Shown piece by piece: positions 1-13,610 of a DNA stretch of 64,000 bases. The notes below the pieces were generated by a model. It worked only from the letters and a program-made list of their open reading frames with translations, did no database searches and was not told where the DNA came from. Source of the DNA: the human T2T-CHM13v2.0 reference genome, Homo sapiens. Position numbers and translations under genes: made by a program. The first letter of the stretch is position 1; every line of letters starts with the position of its first letter. The stretch lies in assembly GCF_009914755.1 (NCBI RefSeq), contig NC_060928.1, one strand, 5' to 3'.

Positions 1-182
1 TTTCTCTGTGCAAGCACTCTATACCATTCCTATTGGATTAGGGCCACATACTTATTATCTCATTACTTATTATCTCATTTAATGTAGTTACCTCCTTAAA
101 GGTCCTATCACCAAATACATTTACGCTGGAGGTGAGAACTTCAACATATGAATTTTGGGGAGACACAATTTAATCCATAAAA
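1..182 (-). mobile_element. MLT1-family MaLR LTR, 5' end, partial
   Basis: Reverse complement resembles the MLT1 start (..TGTGTCTCCCCAAAATTCATATGTTGAAG..GGCCCTAATCCAATA); carries a perfect 15-bp tandem duplication at 49-78. Confidence 0.75.
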
Positions 183-699
183 CCCTCTTTTGTGTAATGA
201 TTCTGAGATACTGAGAAAAATGCTCCATTTCAGGTATTTTTAAATGAAAAAAAAAATCGTATCAACTCCTGCCCTTTAACTTTCAAAGTTAAAATTCATG
301 TTAGATGATTATTTGTTTTAAAAGTGCTTACTCTGGTGTGCTTTTTAAAAGACTATAAATCCCATTAATAAAGTCGAACAGAAGCTTGAAAACAATTAAG
401 AAATTTAAGAATGAGCTAAATTGTTCTCACAAAAAGAGGAAAACTACAATTCCTGCTGAACAAGTCTTTCATTCAGTTCTTCATTCAATTCACATTAGCC
501 TCAATTGGAAAAATGTCCCTGTTCAGTTAAACAAGTTAAGCCTGATCTTAAGTGTATCTGACTTGCCTTCTATGTTCTTCCAGCCACAGGAAATTCCTCC
601 ATGCCAATTTTTTAAAACTGCTATCAAATCTTTTTTTTTTTTTTTTCACTCAAGTGCGACACATTTAAATGTGACCACAGGAACAAATGGAAAGAGATT

Positions 700-855
700 G
701 AAGCCTTGACTTGAAATGTGAGCTTTCCTCTTTACTAGTCAGTAAGGTATTGAGAAAGTTACTTGACCTCATCCTTCATTACCTTGTCTCTAGAATTAGG
801 AGATCAGCATGTATGGTGATCATGGAAATTAAATAAAATTATATGTCAGGGCCTA
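700..855 (+). mobile_element. MIR fragment
   Basis: Core-like GAAAGTTACTTGACCTC...GGAAATTAAATAAAAT. Confidence 0.5.
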
Positions 856-1046
856 TTGCATTTATTGTCTGACTCATCCTAATCCCCTTATTCCTTTCTT
901 AGTGTTTCTTTGTTTGTTGATTTATTTTTGTCCATAGTCTCATGATTTGGAGATAGGGCTCCAGCTTTCTCTGCTAATGTATTTCCTACCCCTCTCTTCC
1001 TCTGTCAGTGACTGGAGAACTATCTTCTTCTGACATGCCCAGCTAG

Positions 1047-1790
<744 letters not shown>

Positions 1791-3159
1791 GCATGGGAAT
1801 GGATGACTCTGTACATAGGAGGCCAAACAAATAAAAATTTTAAAACCGCTTATCTGACAGGATCACGCTTTTTTCACTTCGGCTGTTGTTAGTTTTAATT
1901 CTCTGAAGTTATACATGGTTAGATAAAATGGTCTATGAAAGTCCTGGGTGGTGATGGGACTAGAGACAAGGATTCAAAATGTATTATAGCAAATTTATGT
2001 GTAGAAAAAAACACGTGGTTAATTAAGACTTGCTTTCTGTCATTTTATGAAGGTATCTATGTAAGGTCCTAGTTTTCTCCATTATACATAGCTGAAAGAA
2101 ACACCAGTAATGAAACGTTTTTGTATTATTCTCACTCCAAAAGCCTAGTTATACTGAGGGCGGCCAATAGATCTACTATGGGATACAATGAATATTTAAT
2201 TTACTTTGATGAAAAGGTGTCATAAGAGCCTTTGACAACCCACAGTGAAAACTTGAGGATGATTTTATTAACTCAAACCCGATAGCATATGTTGTGCAAA
2301 CTAAGACATCAAAGACTTTTTAAATTAATACCTGGGAATTTCTTGGGAGAAGTAACTGCATATTAGGATTGAGAACAACTCTAAGTTGTCACATATTGAA
2401 ATTTGTTTTTAATTACTGAAAAGTCATTTTCTCTTATTTCTGGCTCGGGTAAATAGTAGGAAAAATAACACACACATACACATACACAAATGATATCAAA
2501 TTAAAAGAGAGAAAACAAATGTGAAAGGATTATGGTGTGAACTGTTTGCTTTCCAGCATATTAACTGTACCCATGAACTCTCATCTCCCGCCCCACAGAA
2601 AAAAACTAATTATTGGAATTTTTTAGTGAACAGGAAGGATATCAGAGTACGATACTTTCTGTTTCCCTTAAATGCATACCATTTTCTCTATTTTCATAGT
2701 TTACCAGTTTCCCAGTAGATGGCACCATTGTGACTCACAATGTTGCTCCACCTTGTAAGGAAGTATTATACACACTTTCAATTTCAAAACATTTGTAAAT
2801 AGTGCAGTATAGTAACACTTGCGGTGGTGTCTTAGAACACAAATACTTCTACAGTATCTAGAAGACATGTCAACTGTTGAAAGCCAATAAATGTCACAAG
2901 AACCCCCGTAATTCCTTTGTATATGTGTGATTTCATATCTTATAATTTTTATACATTTAAATTATTTTAATAAAAATGTGCTTACATACATGTACACACA
3001 TATGTGTATGTATGCTTATAAATGTCTAAAACTGTATAATTATTTAATGATTTACTTACTACTCTTACTATTTCTTTCTACCTGGATTAATGTGACAAGC
3101 CACTCAGAGAAACTGAAAATTCCCATGGGCTTCTCCAGTTGTTCTTGGGAAAAAGGAGA

Positions 3160-3334
3160 CTAGAACAGTGATTTCAGATCTGGAATACACTGGACTCCAA
3201 CCTCAGATTTTCTCTTTGCTGCCTGTATTACCTAAAGCAATTGACATAACCTCTCTGATATTCAATTTTCCCACCTTTAAAATGGGGAAGATGGCATATA
3301 CCTGGCTGTGTTGCTGTTAAGGGTAAGTTTTAAG

Positions 3335-3381
<47 letters not shown>

Positions 3382-3430
3382 GCAAAAATAAATACAGTGA
3401 CTGTTATAGAGTAGAAGTTCAAAAATGGTG
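3160..3430 (+). mobile_element. MIR interrupted by a (TG)n run
   Basis: CATAACCTCTCTGATATTCAATTTTCCCACCTTTAAAATGGGGA core. Confidence 0.65.
3336..3380. repeat. (TG)~22 microsatellite
   Basis: Perfect TG run. Confidence 0.97.
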
Positions 3431-4289
3431 GCTGCATTCCGATTACAGCTTGCATTAAAGTTGAATATTAAGAACAGGAGAGATCGATGATGGTGTGTTT
3501 TGTAACCTTCACACGGTTTTCTATATCATAGGATGAGTCCTAGCTTTCAGAGATTTCCTTGCGCCTATGTCTACCCTTTCTTTTGGTCCTAGAAAAGGTC
3601 ACAGATTTAAAGTAAGTCAATGTGGAACATTAACATGGCTCATGCAGGTTCTGTGCAGCTGTCTCTATGGGTTCTTGAAATAAAATAGGGCCAAACCAGG
3701 CACTTCAAATGGTAGATTTGAACAATAAATGATAACCACTGTCTCTAATATCCAAATCATTCCCTACTCATCCTTCTTTAGGCTCATAGTTCATTGCACT
3801 GTCTTCTTAAATAACTACCCGAACACAACTCCACTTTTCTCACTTCTAATGCGTACATTTTTAGCAATAGGTTTTGGTTAGGGTCTTCTCTGTCCACATA
3901 CTACAACTGTGAGTACATGACTGACCCACACTTTTAACTTGGTGCTTTTGGATTCAGGCAGATGTTTAGTTCCAAGAAGCCTTTGAGAATCATGTTGTAC
4001 TTACAGAAGCACTCACTATGCTTCCTTTTCCAAGTGATTAGTCTTTCACTATTAATTCATTCAACAAATATTGATGCAACACTTTGTATGCCAGTTACTA
4101 TGCAGACACTAAGTTGTGCCCTCATGGTCCTTCAACTTTACCTGAAAATAATATATTTTATTTATTTAACCAATATTAGGTATCAAGTGTTTTACAAACA
4201 TTGCCTAATTTTATCCTTGTAGAACCCTAGGAACTAGAGGCCATAGATTAAAGATGTGGAAACTAAGACACAGAGAATAAGACATTTAC

Positions 4290-4378
4290 AGAAAAAGAAG
4301 TGAAGGAAGGAGGGAAGGAAAAGGAGAGAGAAAGGGAGGGAGAGAAAGAAAAAAGGGAGGAAGAAAGGGAGGAAGAGA
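4290..4378. repeat. GA-rich polypurine low-complexity tract
   Basis: GGAAGGAGGGAAGGAAAAGGAGAGAG... Confidence 0.85.
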
Positions 4379-4710
4379 TTCAAATGTTGACACCCTAACC
4401 TCCAATGCAGTGGTATTTAGAGGGGGGTACTTGGGATGCAATTTGATTTAGATGAGGTAATGGGCCAGGGGCTCTCATGATGGGATCGATGTCTTTATAA
4501 GAGGAGACACCAGAGAGCTTGTTCTTTCTGTCTGCTGTGTGAGGATACAGCAAGAAGAAAGCCAGGAAGAAAGCCCTTGCCAGAAACAGATCATGCTGGC
4601 ACCCTAATCTTGGACTTCTTAGCCTCCAGAACTATGAGAGAATAAATTTCTGTTCTTAAAGCCACCTAGTCTGTGGTATTTTCTGATGGCATCCCTAGCA
4701 AGTTAAAACA
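4378..4710 (+). mobile_element. MLT1A-like MaLR solo LTR
   Basis: GCTGGCACCCTAATCTTGGACTTC..CCTCCAGAACTATGAGAGAATAAATTTCTGTT..AAGCCACCTAGTCTGTGGTATTT; ends ..AACA. Confidence 0.88.
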
Positions 4711-6189
4711 CCATTTTTTGATTTTCTGAAACTGGTACCTGGAGGTAGAATGGAGGGAATTAAAAGAAAAGGTAATTAGTAGTGTCAGCATTTTAGCCCA
4801 GATATTAAAATGGGGATGACCTTCAGTTTCCTAAATTTGATGAAGGATTTGGTGAAGGATGAGGGATGTCATTATTGAAAAATATGTATCAGACTTTCGC
4901 CTTTTCCAAGAAGTCAGTCACAGCTTTCAGATCCCAGGTATGTTTGAAAGTGACTTTAGTCTGATCTTTTCATGCCACTTAGAATTCCCAGGCTTGCCAG
5001 TGGAACATTTTGTAGTAACATTTAAAAATATAAACTTTTCATTTCTTGCCTGCAGTGGAGAGAGCTGATTCACGATGAGTTCCTCTGTCCCTCCCTTCAC
5101 CATATGTCTCTTCTTCATTGTTGATTTCCTGTTGACATTAAAAGGAGCAACATATGAAGGAGTTAGAAGGAAAGCTTTAAATTTAACGATAAACTTTTTT
5201 GAAAGCATGGATCAGATTTTCTTACAAAGCCATTTAAAATGCATTGTAAATCATTTCTTTCATATTTTGTAGAGACTTGTTTTGGAAGTATCGATATTCC
5301 CTTCTCCCCAGCCCCCAAAAGATTAAGAAAAATATAAATAGATTTATTTTTACAATGTAATGAGATGAGAGGGATCCTGTGAGCAAGCTGATAAGTCTTG
5401 CAATTCACTAACATAGCCCATGAAATCCAGCTCTGATGTCAAGAGGCTCTAAGCATTTTGCAATTCTTAACGGAATGTTTTCTTTGCCTCCCTCCTTCCC
5501 TTTCTCCATTTGACAGCACCTGTGCATGTGCATGCAAGATTGCTTTTCAGATCTATGCTTTGGTTTTTTGTTCATTTTTGTCAGAAAAGTCAGCCTATGC
5601 TTATTAGGGATCTACAGGAATTGTTTCCACATGGTTCTAATGGATGCATGGACGGAACACCTCCACAACATGTTGCTGTTGGCCTGGTGCTCTGTCACTA
5701 CCAAGATTTCAGAGTTCATTTCTTGGCTCCTTTTTGTTCTTCCTCGATCCAAGTTCACACTTCATAATACGTTTTAATTGTCATCTCAATGAGATGACTC
5801 AAATTTATATATTGATATATCTGTATCACAAAAAAATTGCAAATTGCGTGCATTGTCAATGTGAATTATAGATAGTATGCTATGAAAACAAAAATATTTT
5901 CTAATCTGTCTGACTTTTAGTAGAGAAGTCAAGATGAGATCATAATTAATCCAGGCTTGAATTAACATAGCTGGAATAGTTAACATGGGCATAGTCCCTC
6001 ATCTGTCTTTGGCTATTTGGGGGAAAAGAAATACATGTTAAAGTGAAAATTAGTGGAGGAACTTTTAATTAGTCATACATTTTTACTCAGTTTCATACAC
6101 AAGAATATTCATTTTGGCCATAGGAAATTGCCACTATTTGATCATTTTGATTGACCAAAAAAAGCTGGCAATTTCAAATGATGCAATAC

Positions 6190-6530
6190 AGGTCACCATC
6201 ACTGCTTCCAGGAAGCTTACATCCTAATGTTAACAGGTAAATAACGAAATAATTAAGATGGCTTTAGTGTAATGAGAGGCAGTGGGCAGAAGGGGGCATG
6301 AGAGGCTCTTTCAGATGGTCTGATCAGGGCAAGTCTCTCTGAGAAGACATTTGCACAGTGGCCTGAATGAGATGGAGCCAGACTGCCATAAAGGTGACTT
6401 TACATCTGGGAGATCTGAGGCAGCAACGAGGCAGGATTTTTGAGCAGCAGAAAGGAGGCCAGCATCAATGAAGGAAAGAAGGGTGGAAAATGAGAATGGA
6501 AATAGAGGTCGGAGTGAAGTGGATGTGCAG
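6190..6530 (-). mobile_element. L2 fragment
   Basis: GGAAGCTTACATCCTA..GATCAGGGCAAGTCTCTCTGAGAAGACATTTG is typical antisense L2. Confidence 0.55.
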
Positions 6531-9000
6531 AATACTCAATATCATTCTGATTTTTTTCCCCATGTGGCACTATTAACTTTAGCCACTCTATTTAAAATTG
6601 CTTATTGTGGTGGGGGGTGGGAGGAGGTGGTTAGAAAATGTATGTTTAACCTATTCACTTGCCTTTATTTCTTGTTCCTTAAGTTTTTTAATGCTTTCTA
6701 TGACATCGCTATCCCAATCTCTACTATGCTTGTGTCTTCTGGTTTACCCCCATGTTTCTTTCATGCCTTCTCCCAGAGGAGTGACTCACAGTTTGCATAT
6801 ACTAGACCCAAATTTTTAGACTACAGCCAAAGTAAATCCACGTACAGACATAGGGGAAACACTGAGATTGGGGATGATCTTATTTTGTTTAATTTCTAGA
6901 AAACCAAGTTAATTGAGATAAAGGAGGCATATTTAAAAACCAGAAAAGGAGACTTAGGACAATGGAAAGATTTAAATAGATACCCTTAGTGAACATAATT
7001 GAAATACTCATTATTTACATTTTCTGCAACATCCCCGAATATTTACCAAAGTAAAGAACTTATTAAAAAGTATACTATAATTTATAATTTCAGGAAATTA
7101 TAAATTATAATTTATAATTTTAGTGTGACTAAATTAGAATTTGAGAAATACAAAGTTTAACATGTTTACACAAATTTGTCGTTTAGGATTTAAATTATAT
7201 TTCAAGGTGGAAGAAGAGAGTGCTCCTGATTACAAATGGAGAAGTGGTAGAATTCTCACTGACCACAAGAGGTCTGCCTTTGATTCTCACAATTTCACAT
7301 GGGACCTTTCTCTTAAACCTTCAGTACTATGATTGGCATTTAAGGGTCAGACAGTAAACATTTGTATACCGAATGACGGAATCAAATATTGAAGGTAGAA
7401 CTCATAAACATAATGCAAATATAAATGTTATATGTTAAAATTATCTTTATGAGTAAGGAAAATTCTAAGCTTACTCTGTATTTACACCACTAAGAATGGA
7501 TGATTATGAGTTCATTTAAATGTTTGAGTTTTAAGTGTCACTTTGCATTACATGTGTTTCCTTAAAGGAATGTAATTTTGGCTCATGTGATCAACTTGAT
7601 ATACGAATTTCATATGGTTAAAGAATCTATTGGCAATCTCTCTCTTCATTGGTTTACTTTTAAAGATTGATTCTTCTAGAAAAGGGAATATTTTAGATTG
7701 CTTCATAAAATTAGTAAATTAAATGTGTAAATGAAACCATTTGTTCATTGTCATGTTACTCAGAGTTGGCATAGAACATACGTGGAACTAATGTTTTTAT
7801 TGGCACACTTTTCCATCAACTACTGCCACCTTCCAGGAATGTTAAATTGATCAAGTTAGTACAAACTAACCATAAAACACTTTTATCTGCTTATCAATTT
7901 CAAAGCACCTTAACTTCATGAAAATGACAAAGTTTTATTGTTCTCTGACAGGTCTTCTTTCTGAATTAGATTACTTACCCATCATAATACCTATGGAATT
8001 CCAGAATAAAATTCTAGTGTAGAAAAAATGTTTAAAGTAATTTGAGAAAATACATCAAGAAGTTCAAATGATTCAAAAAGCCCATGAGTTTTTCCATAAA
8101 CTTCAAAAATACCAGGCATGTTATAACATCTCATACAATAAAATTTCACATGTATGGGTTTTTCTCAAATACTGTAGTAACCATTTATTCACAGAACATA
8201 CATGTCATTTTCTATTTGTCGTCTAATTTTTTTAAAATGCTTAGATTTGACAATCAAAATACAGAAATCTAGCATGATTCCATAGAAATCTATTTTCTAG
8301 TTGAAATTGTTTTAATGCCAAGTGTGTCACTAAGAAACAAAGTCAATGTGCACATCTGCTTTTGGGCATTTGTATATTTTTATAAACAGTCACAGAAGCA
8401 TTTGTTAACATTCTGTGAGAGGCCCCCCTGCTTTCAGAGATTTACCAGGTGTTCATTACCTTTTGTTTTCATCTCTATATATCCCTTAGTGGATATTTCT
8501 GTATTTATCAATCCACCTCAGTACCGTGGTAACTCAAATTTTAAAGTAACAATGAATGAGACTTTACTAATATCAGATTTGCAAGTCCAAATAAAGTGTG
8601 TCTATATATTTTTGGTTTACATATTTATTCTTTCTAAATATTTCAGTTGATTGATAAGGCATAATTTGTCTCATGAAAACCCTTGTCTTTTTCCCAAAGG
8701 ATGGTGTTTGCTTATTTTCCCTGAACTTTTGGTATGTTTTAAACAGTGTTTGAAGTTTATTATGAGTGCTCATGAAGTTTTAGTTTAGCTGTAGCAATTT
8801 CTGGATTGTTTTTGACCTTCAGACTTTGTGGATACAGGCAAACCTTATTTTTTTAATTAATGACTTTGTATTTAAACAATAAGTTTTAATTTTTTCACAA
8901 AGTTTTATGCTTTGTCCTATTTTGTTGTATTTTTGCAGAGTTATTGTTACTGTTTTGTTTAAGGTTTTTTAAATGTCATTTTTAAAAAACTCATTGTCCA

Positions 9001-9058
9001 CATTCCAGCCTGGGAGATAGAGCGAGACACTATCAAAAAAATAAATAAATAAACAAAT
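9001..9058 (+). mobile_element. Severely 5'-truncated Alu (last ~35 nt plus A-rich tail)
   Basis: CATTCCAGCCTGGGAGATAGAGCGAGAC + A/TAAA tail; TSD AAAAC(T)CATTGTCCA at ~8986-9000 and 9059-9072. Confidence 0.85.
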
Positions 9059-9599
9059 AAAACCATTGTCCATTTCTCCTGAGCTTTCACCAAGTCTTTT
9101 TTTCTATAAATACCTTCCAAGTTTCTAATGGCTATTATTTATATGAATGAAATAGTCTCAGAAAAAATAAGTTTATACACGTGTGTGGTGTATATCTACT
9201 GTAGAGAACAAGGATCCCGTTTAAAGAAATGTCATATTGATTAGATACAATTTTAACTTGCTGGAAATTACTTTCTAAAAATATTATTTTCCAAATCTTC
9301 CTGTCCATAAATCCGTTTGTAAAGGGAAAAGCCACTCTTAATACATAGAAATTCCTTTTAGTGAGTTCAACTTTAAGCCCCTAGGAAATGCTTTAGTCTT
9401 TCAAATATCCAAAAAGTTAACAGATTTTATATGAACACTTTACATGAGAAAGTGGTACTTTTGCTGAAAACTTAAAGTAGTAAATGGAGAAAACTCAAGT
9501 GTAGCATTATTTCCAGCTGCTGCAGATTCCATGCTTTTTCATATGTCCCTTTCTCTGCCTGCCTCTCCCTCCTATGCCAATCCTTTGTATGACCATGAG

Positions 9600-9855
9600 T
9601 TTTTCAAGACTCTTCTGTGCTATCCCTGACAATTCAGTTTGGGATTGCTGTCACCTTAGGAGCTTCTCTGTAAACCTGTGATTTTTTTCCTATTAGACTA
9701 ATGTGTGAATGAGTGTTTTGCTCAGTGCTCCCTTATAGACTGTGAGCTTCTTGAGAACAGGGTTGCTCCTTCTTCACCATTGCATCCTCAGTGTGTAGTG
9801 TGGTACCTAACACATGGCAGCTGACTTTGGCTTAACCAACACATGCTTGAATGAA
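9600..9855 (+). mobile_element. L2 3' end
   Basis: TAGACTGTGAGCTTCTTGAGAACAGGG..TGTGGTACCTAACACATGGCAG. Confidence 0.6.
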
Positions 9856-10429
9856 GCAGCTCCAAACCTGGAATGCGGAGGCAGTAGGGAAGGAAAGGAT
9901 ATCACCAGGACTGCTGGCAGATGAGCACAGAGTTGAGTACAACTTTCACTGTGTAGGAGGCAGCATAGAAGGGGAAGATTTATAAATGATGTATACAAAA
10001 ACAAATTCAAAGCTAGTAAAAGAATGAGTGGAGAGGCTGGGGAATCAGATTCTTTAGAAAATAGGGAGTTTTGTATAAGAAAAGGTGGTAGGGGAAAAAC
10101 AGTTTTGCAAAATAGTCATATTTCACTAGATTTAGCAGTGTGTTATCCAATCACAGATGACCTGAAAAGATGCACTGTGTAAGATGCTATTAATGAGAAA
10201 GGATCTAGAGGTTGACAGGTACGGCCATTTGCATGCTGATGATAACTAAAATTGTAAGGAACACATATTTAGAGTAGCTTTAGGTTTTGGAAATTGATTG
10301 AAGAGGGACAGAAAAAGAAGGAGAACCTTAAACCGTAACTTAAGAAATGAGAGCTGGGATCTACAGAGCAGGAAATGATACTTGGCTGAAAAGCTACAGA
10401 TGCATAATAAAAAGATTACCTGTTATTTG

Positions 10430-10930
10430 ATAATGATGATAAAAAAATACAATGATAAGTAGTGCATATGGGCTGGGCTTATATTCTTTCATTTAAACCC
10501 CAAAACAACTGTCTGGGGAAGATTTCATTGTTTTTCCCAGAGAAATAACAGTTACAGAGAGGCAGGTAAATTGCCCAGGGTCTCAGAACTGGTAAATTTA
10601 AGAGTTAGGAGTAGAGTCCAGGTAGAGGCACTCCAGGATCTGAATCTTACCTGCCCTCTATAGTCTAAGCTTTAACCAAACACTATGTAACATTTATGGT
10701 ATAGCTGTCCTGAGCTTAAGAAGTATGTTTATCTCATTTGATCCTTAGAAAATCTGCAAGATAAGCAGACTTCAATCCTCAATTGAAAGGCAAAGACAGG
10801 CTTAAAGAAAACAGAGATTTTCCCTGAGAATCCACAGCCTGTAAATGGTTGTGATCCGGCCTGAACCAATAGCTTTTAGTTTTAATAACATCACAGGTTC
10901 TGTGAAACCATGCTACTTCCTTAGATGGTG
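10430..10930 (-). mobile_element. Two adjacent MIR fragments
   Basis: CAGAGAGGCAGGTAAATTGCCCAGGGTCTCAGAACTGGTAAAT and TATCTCATTTGATCCT..CACAGCCTGTAAATGG. Confidence 0.6.
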
Positions 10931-11609
10931 CTCCTTCAGGAAAAGGATATCAATGTTGGTATTTTTATATAAAACATTAAGAGTATGTGTTTCTGTTAAT
11001 GTACATATACATGTCCTGTAGCCTGTTAGAACCCATTTTTTTCATTTTCAAAGGTCATAGGAAAAATTATATTCTTACACAATAAGTCTGTACATCCACA
11101 GAATCAAAGATATTTGGTCAAAAGTTTGTCATTATGGATTCTAAAAGTTGAAAGCATATGGCTGCATTTTAAAAACCTATCTATATGATGTGCTTATGAG
11201 TATGGTATTTTGTGTCCAAAGTTAATTAATAACGGCTGCAGGCCAGTGTTCTTGTAGGAGCTCTCATTTTTTCCAACATTGCTGGTGTCTTTGAACAAGT
11301 GAAGTGAAGCCATCCAGGGAAAGCTATGAATTTGCATTCTTTTTTTTTTTTTTTTTGAAACCTTTCTAACAATGGCTGATAATCACTACTGTCAATAGTC
11401 TTCTAAAAACTTCCCAGTAATGATTAGATACTATGAATAGATTATTGCTTTTTCTCTTCAGGTCTTTTTCCCCCAACTACATATAGAATGTTATTGAAAT
11501 TCATGTGTCTTAATCAGTTGTTCTCTATGCTTTTTACCATGCCTCTCTTCATTTCTAAGTCTTCTGACCTAAATTACAAACCTGAAGGACTGAGAAGAGA
11601 AGAAAACCC

Positions 11610-11815
11610 ATTTTGAGTTCCTACCCTGTGATCCATACTGTGCTAATTACTTCTCACTCATCTCATCCACACTACCACAATGCAAAGTCAGCACGTTCAT
11701 AATTGTTCACAGCAAAGAGAAAACTGAGGACTAAGTCTCACAGGGAGTAAAAGAAGTAGATTTAAACCCATGTTTGACTCTTAATGTCATGTGTTTGATC
11801 TCCGTACTTACAGCT
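11610..11815 (-). mobile_element. MIR fragment
   Basis: GAGAAAACTGAGG..GATTTAAACCCATGTTTGACTC. Confidence 0.5.
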
Positions 11816-13059
11816 CTTGGATTCAAATTTTAGTATGTGTTTTTAAAGTCCATATTGTAAATGTAACCATGATCAGAAGTAATTACTATTTTGCAGAGCA
11901 CACACACATGTACACAGAATATCAAACATAAATATACAGAGTAAAAGAAATGCCCGCATGCCTGCCACTCAGGGCGAGATGGAGCCCTGCCATCATGCCA
12001 CATGAGTCCCCTGGTGCCTTTTCTGTCATACCCGCTCTTGTCTACCTAGGGGAAAATACTATCTTGACTCATGGTAGTCACTTACTTGCTTTTCTTTTCC
12101 TCAAAATGTGTTTTGAGGTTTTTTGTTATTGTGAACTAAGAAAACGTAGTTGTATTTGTGTGAGGGGAATTGATACTCAATAGGAAGATATGCCGAGATA
12201 TACTTATTATATATTGTTTGCTGTTCTCACACTAAAAAGGTTGGGTTCTATAATTTGGACTCAAAAGACCATTTCTAGGCCTTTGAGTGCCCCTAAGTGG
12301 CCATAATAGAAAATACAGTATTTTACAACTCTTGGATGATCTCTCCTTCCATCTAACAGCTAGACTTTCCACTGGGTTCCTGGCCTGACTTCTGTAGTAT
12401 TCTGCATCGTTTTTTCCATTAAACAAGGGCTTCCAGGACTATAATTTGACTCTGCTAATGGAAGGGCATTTGTACAGTATTAATTTTAAATGGGAAATTG
12501 CTGACACGTTAAAGTGGCATCTGTCCTGCTCCCCACTTGAACTCCGCTTTAGCCCTGGTCACTGCAGTTGTCAGTATCAATTGGGGATTAGGAGGGCCTG
12601 TGGCCTGAGAGCTGCTGGCCAGCAAATCACATCACTTTTCCTCCATACTCACAGAGCTTTGTGTCTTAGGAAGTAAGTCCATTTGCTGTGGTTTTGTTAT
12701 GAGCTGTCACGTCCTCTATGGCACAGATGGACGTTTCGACTTTGACTTTCTTTTGAAGCTGCTTCATGGGGATCAGGCTGCCTCTTAAACACATGAAGTT
12801 TGTGGACATATCCTGGGCACACAGAGGTGCTTTTCAAAATAGACGGAAAGTAATTTAATATCATTAAAAGACTTGTTCTCGGTGCGAGTTTATCGGTTCC
12901 TCTGCTTGATTCATAATCAAGGCAGAAATTATTTTTTTCATATGTTTCAATGAAGTTTCCTATGCAATCCCAATTTTTGTAAATGTTAAAATGTGGATTA
13001 TAATTTAAGTCCTTATTCTATATTTGGAAAGACACTGTCTTTTCTAACGGTAAATTTAG

Positions 13060-13610
13060 TTCATTCACATTTCCAGCAAATATTTATGGAAGACCCTATT
13101 CTATTTCACAGTTATTGACATAAATGAAGCAACAAGTTTTCTGTCTTCTTGGCTCTTAACATTTGATGATGGAGAACCTGGAAGTAATGATTACGTACAC
13201 AAATAAATTTTTAAGAGGCAAATGAGATCATTTCAGATAACAGGAAGTAACAGGAAGTAAATAAAAGAGGGTCATGGGATGGAGTGGGAAAAGGGGAGAG
13301 CTATTTCAGATGGGAGGATCAGAGACAGCCTCTTTGAGAATTGAGTATTTCAGCTGAGTCCCAAATGCAGAGAAGGAACAAAGAATCAACTGCATTTGAG
13401 AGAGAGAAATCAGGAAATGGAAAATCCCTGTGCCATAAATTTATATTGTTGTATCTGAGTAACAGAAATAGCAGTGAGTGAAGAAGAGGGTAGCAAGAAA
13501 TGAAGCTGGAGGGTGAAGAGGAACCAGGTCTACTCGATCTCTTTAGGCCATGCTTGGATTTCATCTGCTGGCAGAGGACATCAGTGGAGAGTATTAAAAT
13601 CAATCTATGA
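13060..13610 (-). mobile_element. L2 (L2a-like) 3' fragment
   Basis: TTCATTCA..CAGCAAATATTTAT start; CAGAGACAGCCTCTTTGAG..ATTTCAGCTGAG. Confidence 0.65.

Noticed and set aside
7935-11466. Polypyrimidine-AG|GT junctions at ~7951 and ~11461 as recursive sites in intron 4
   Set aside because: The reconstituted donors (GTCTTC, GTCTTT) are very poor matches to U1.
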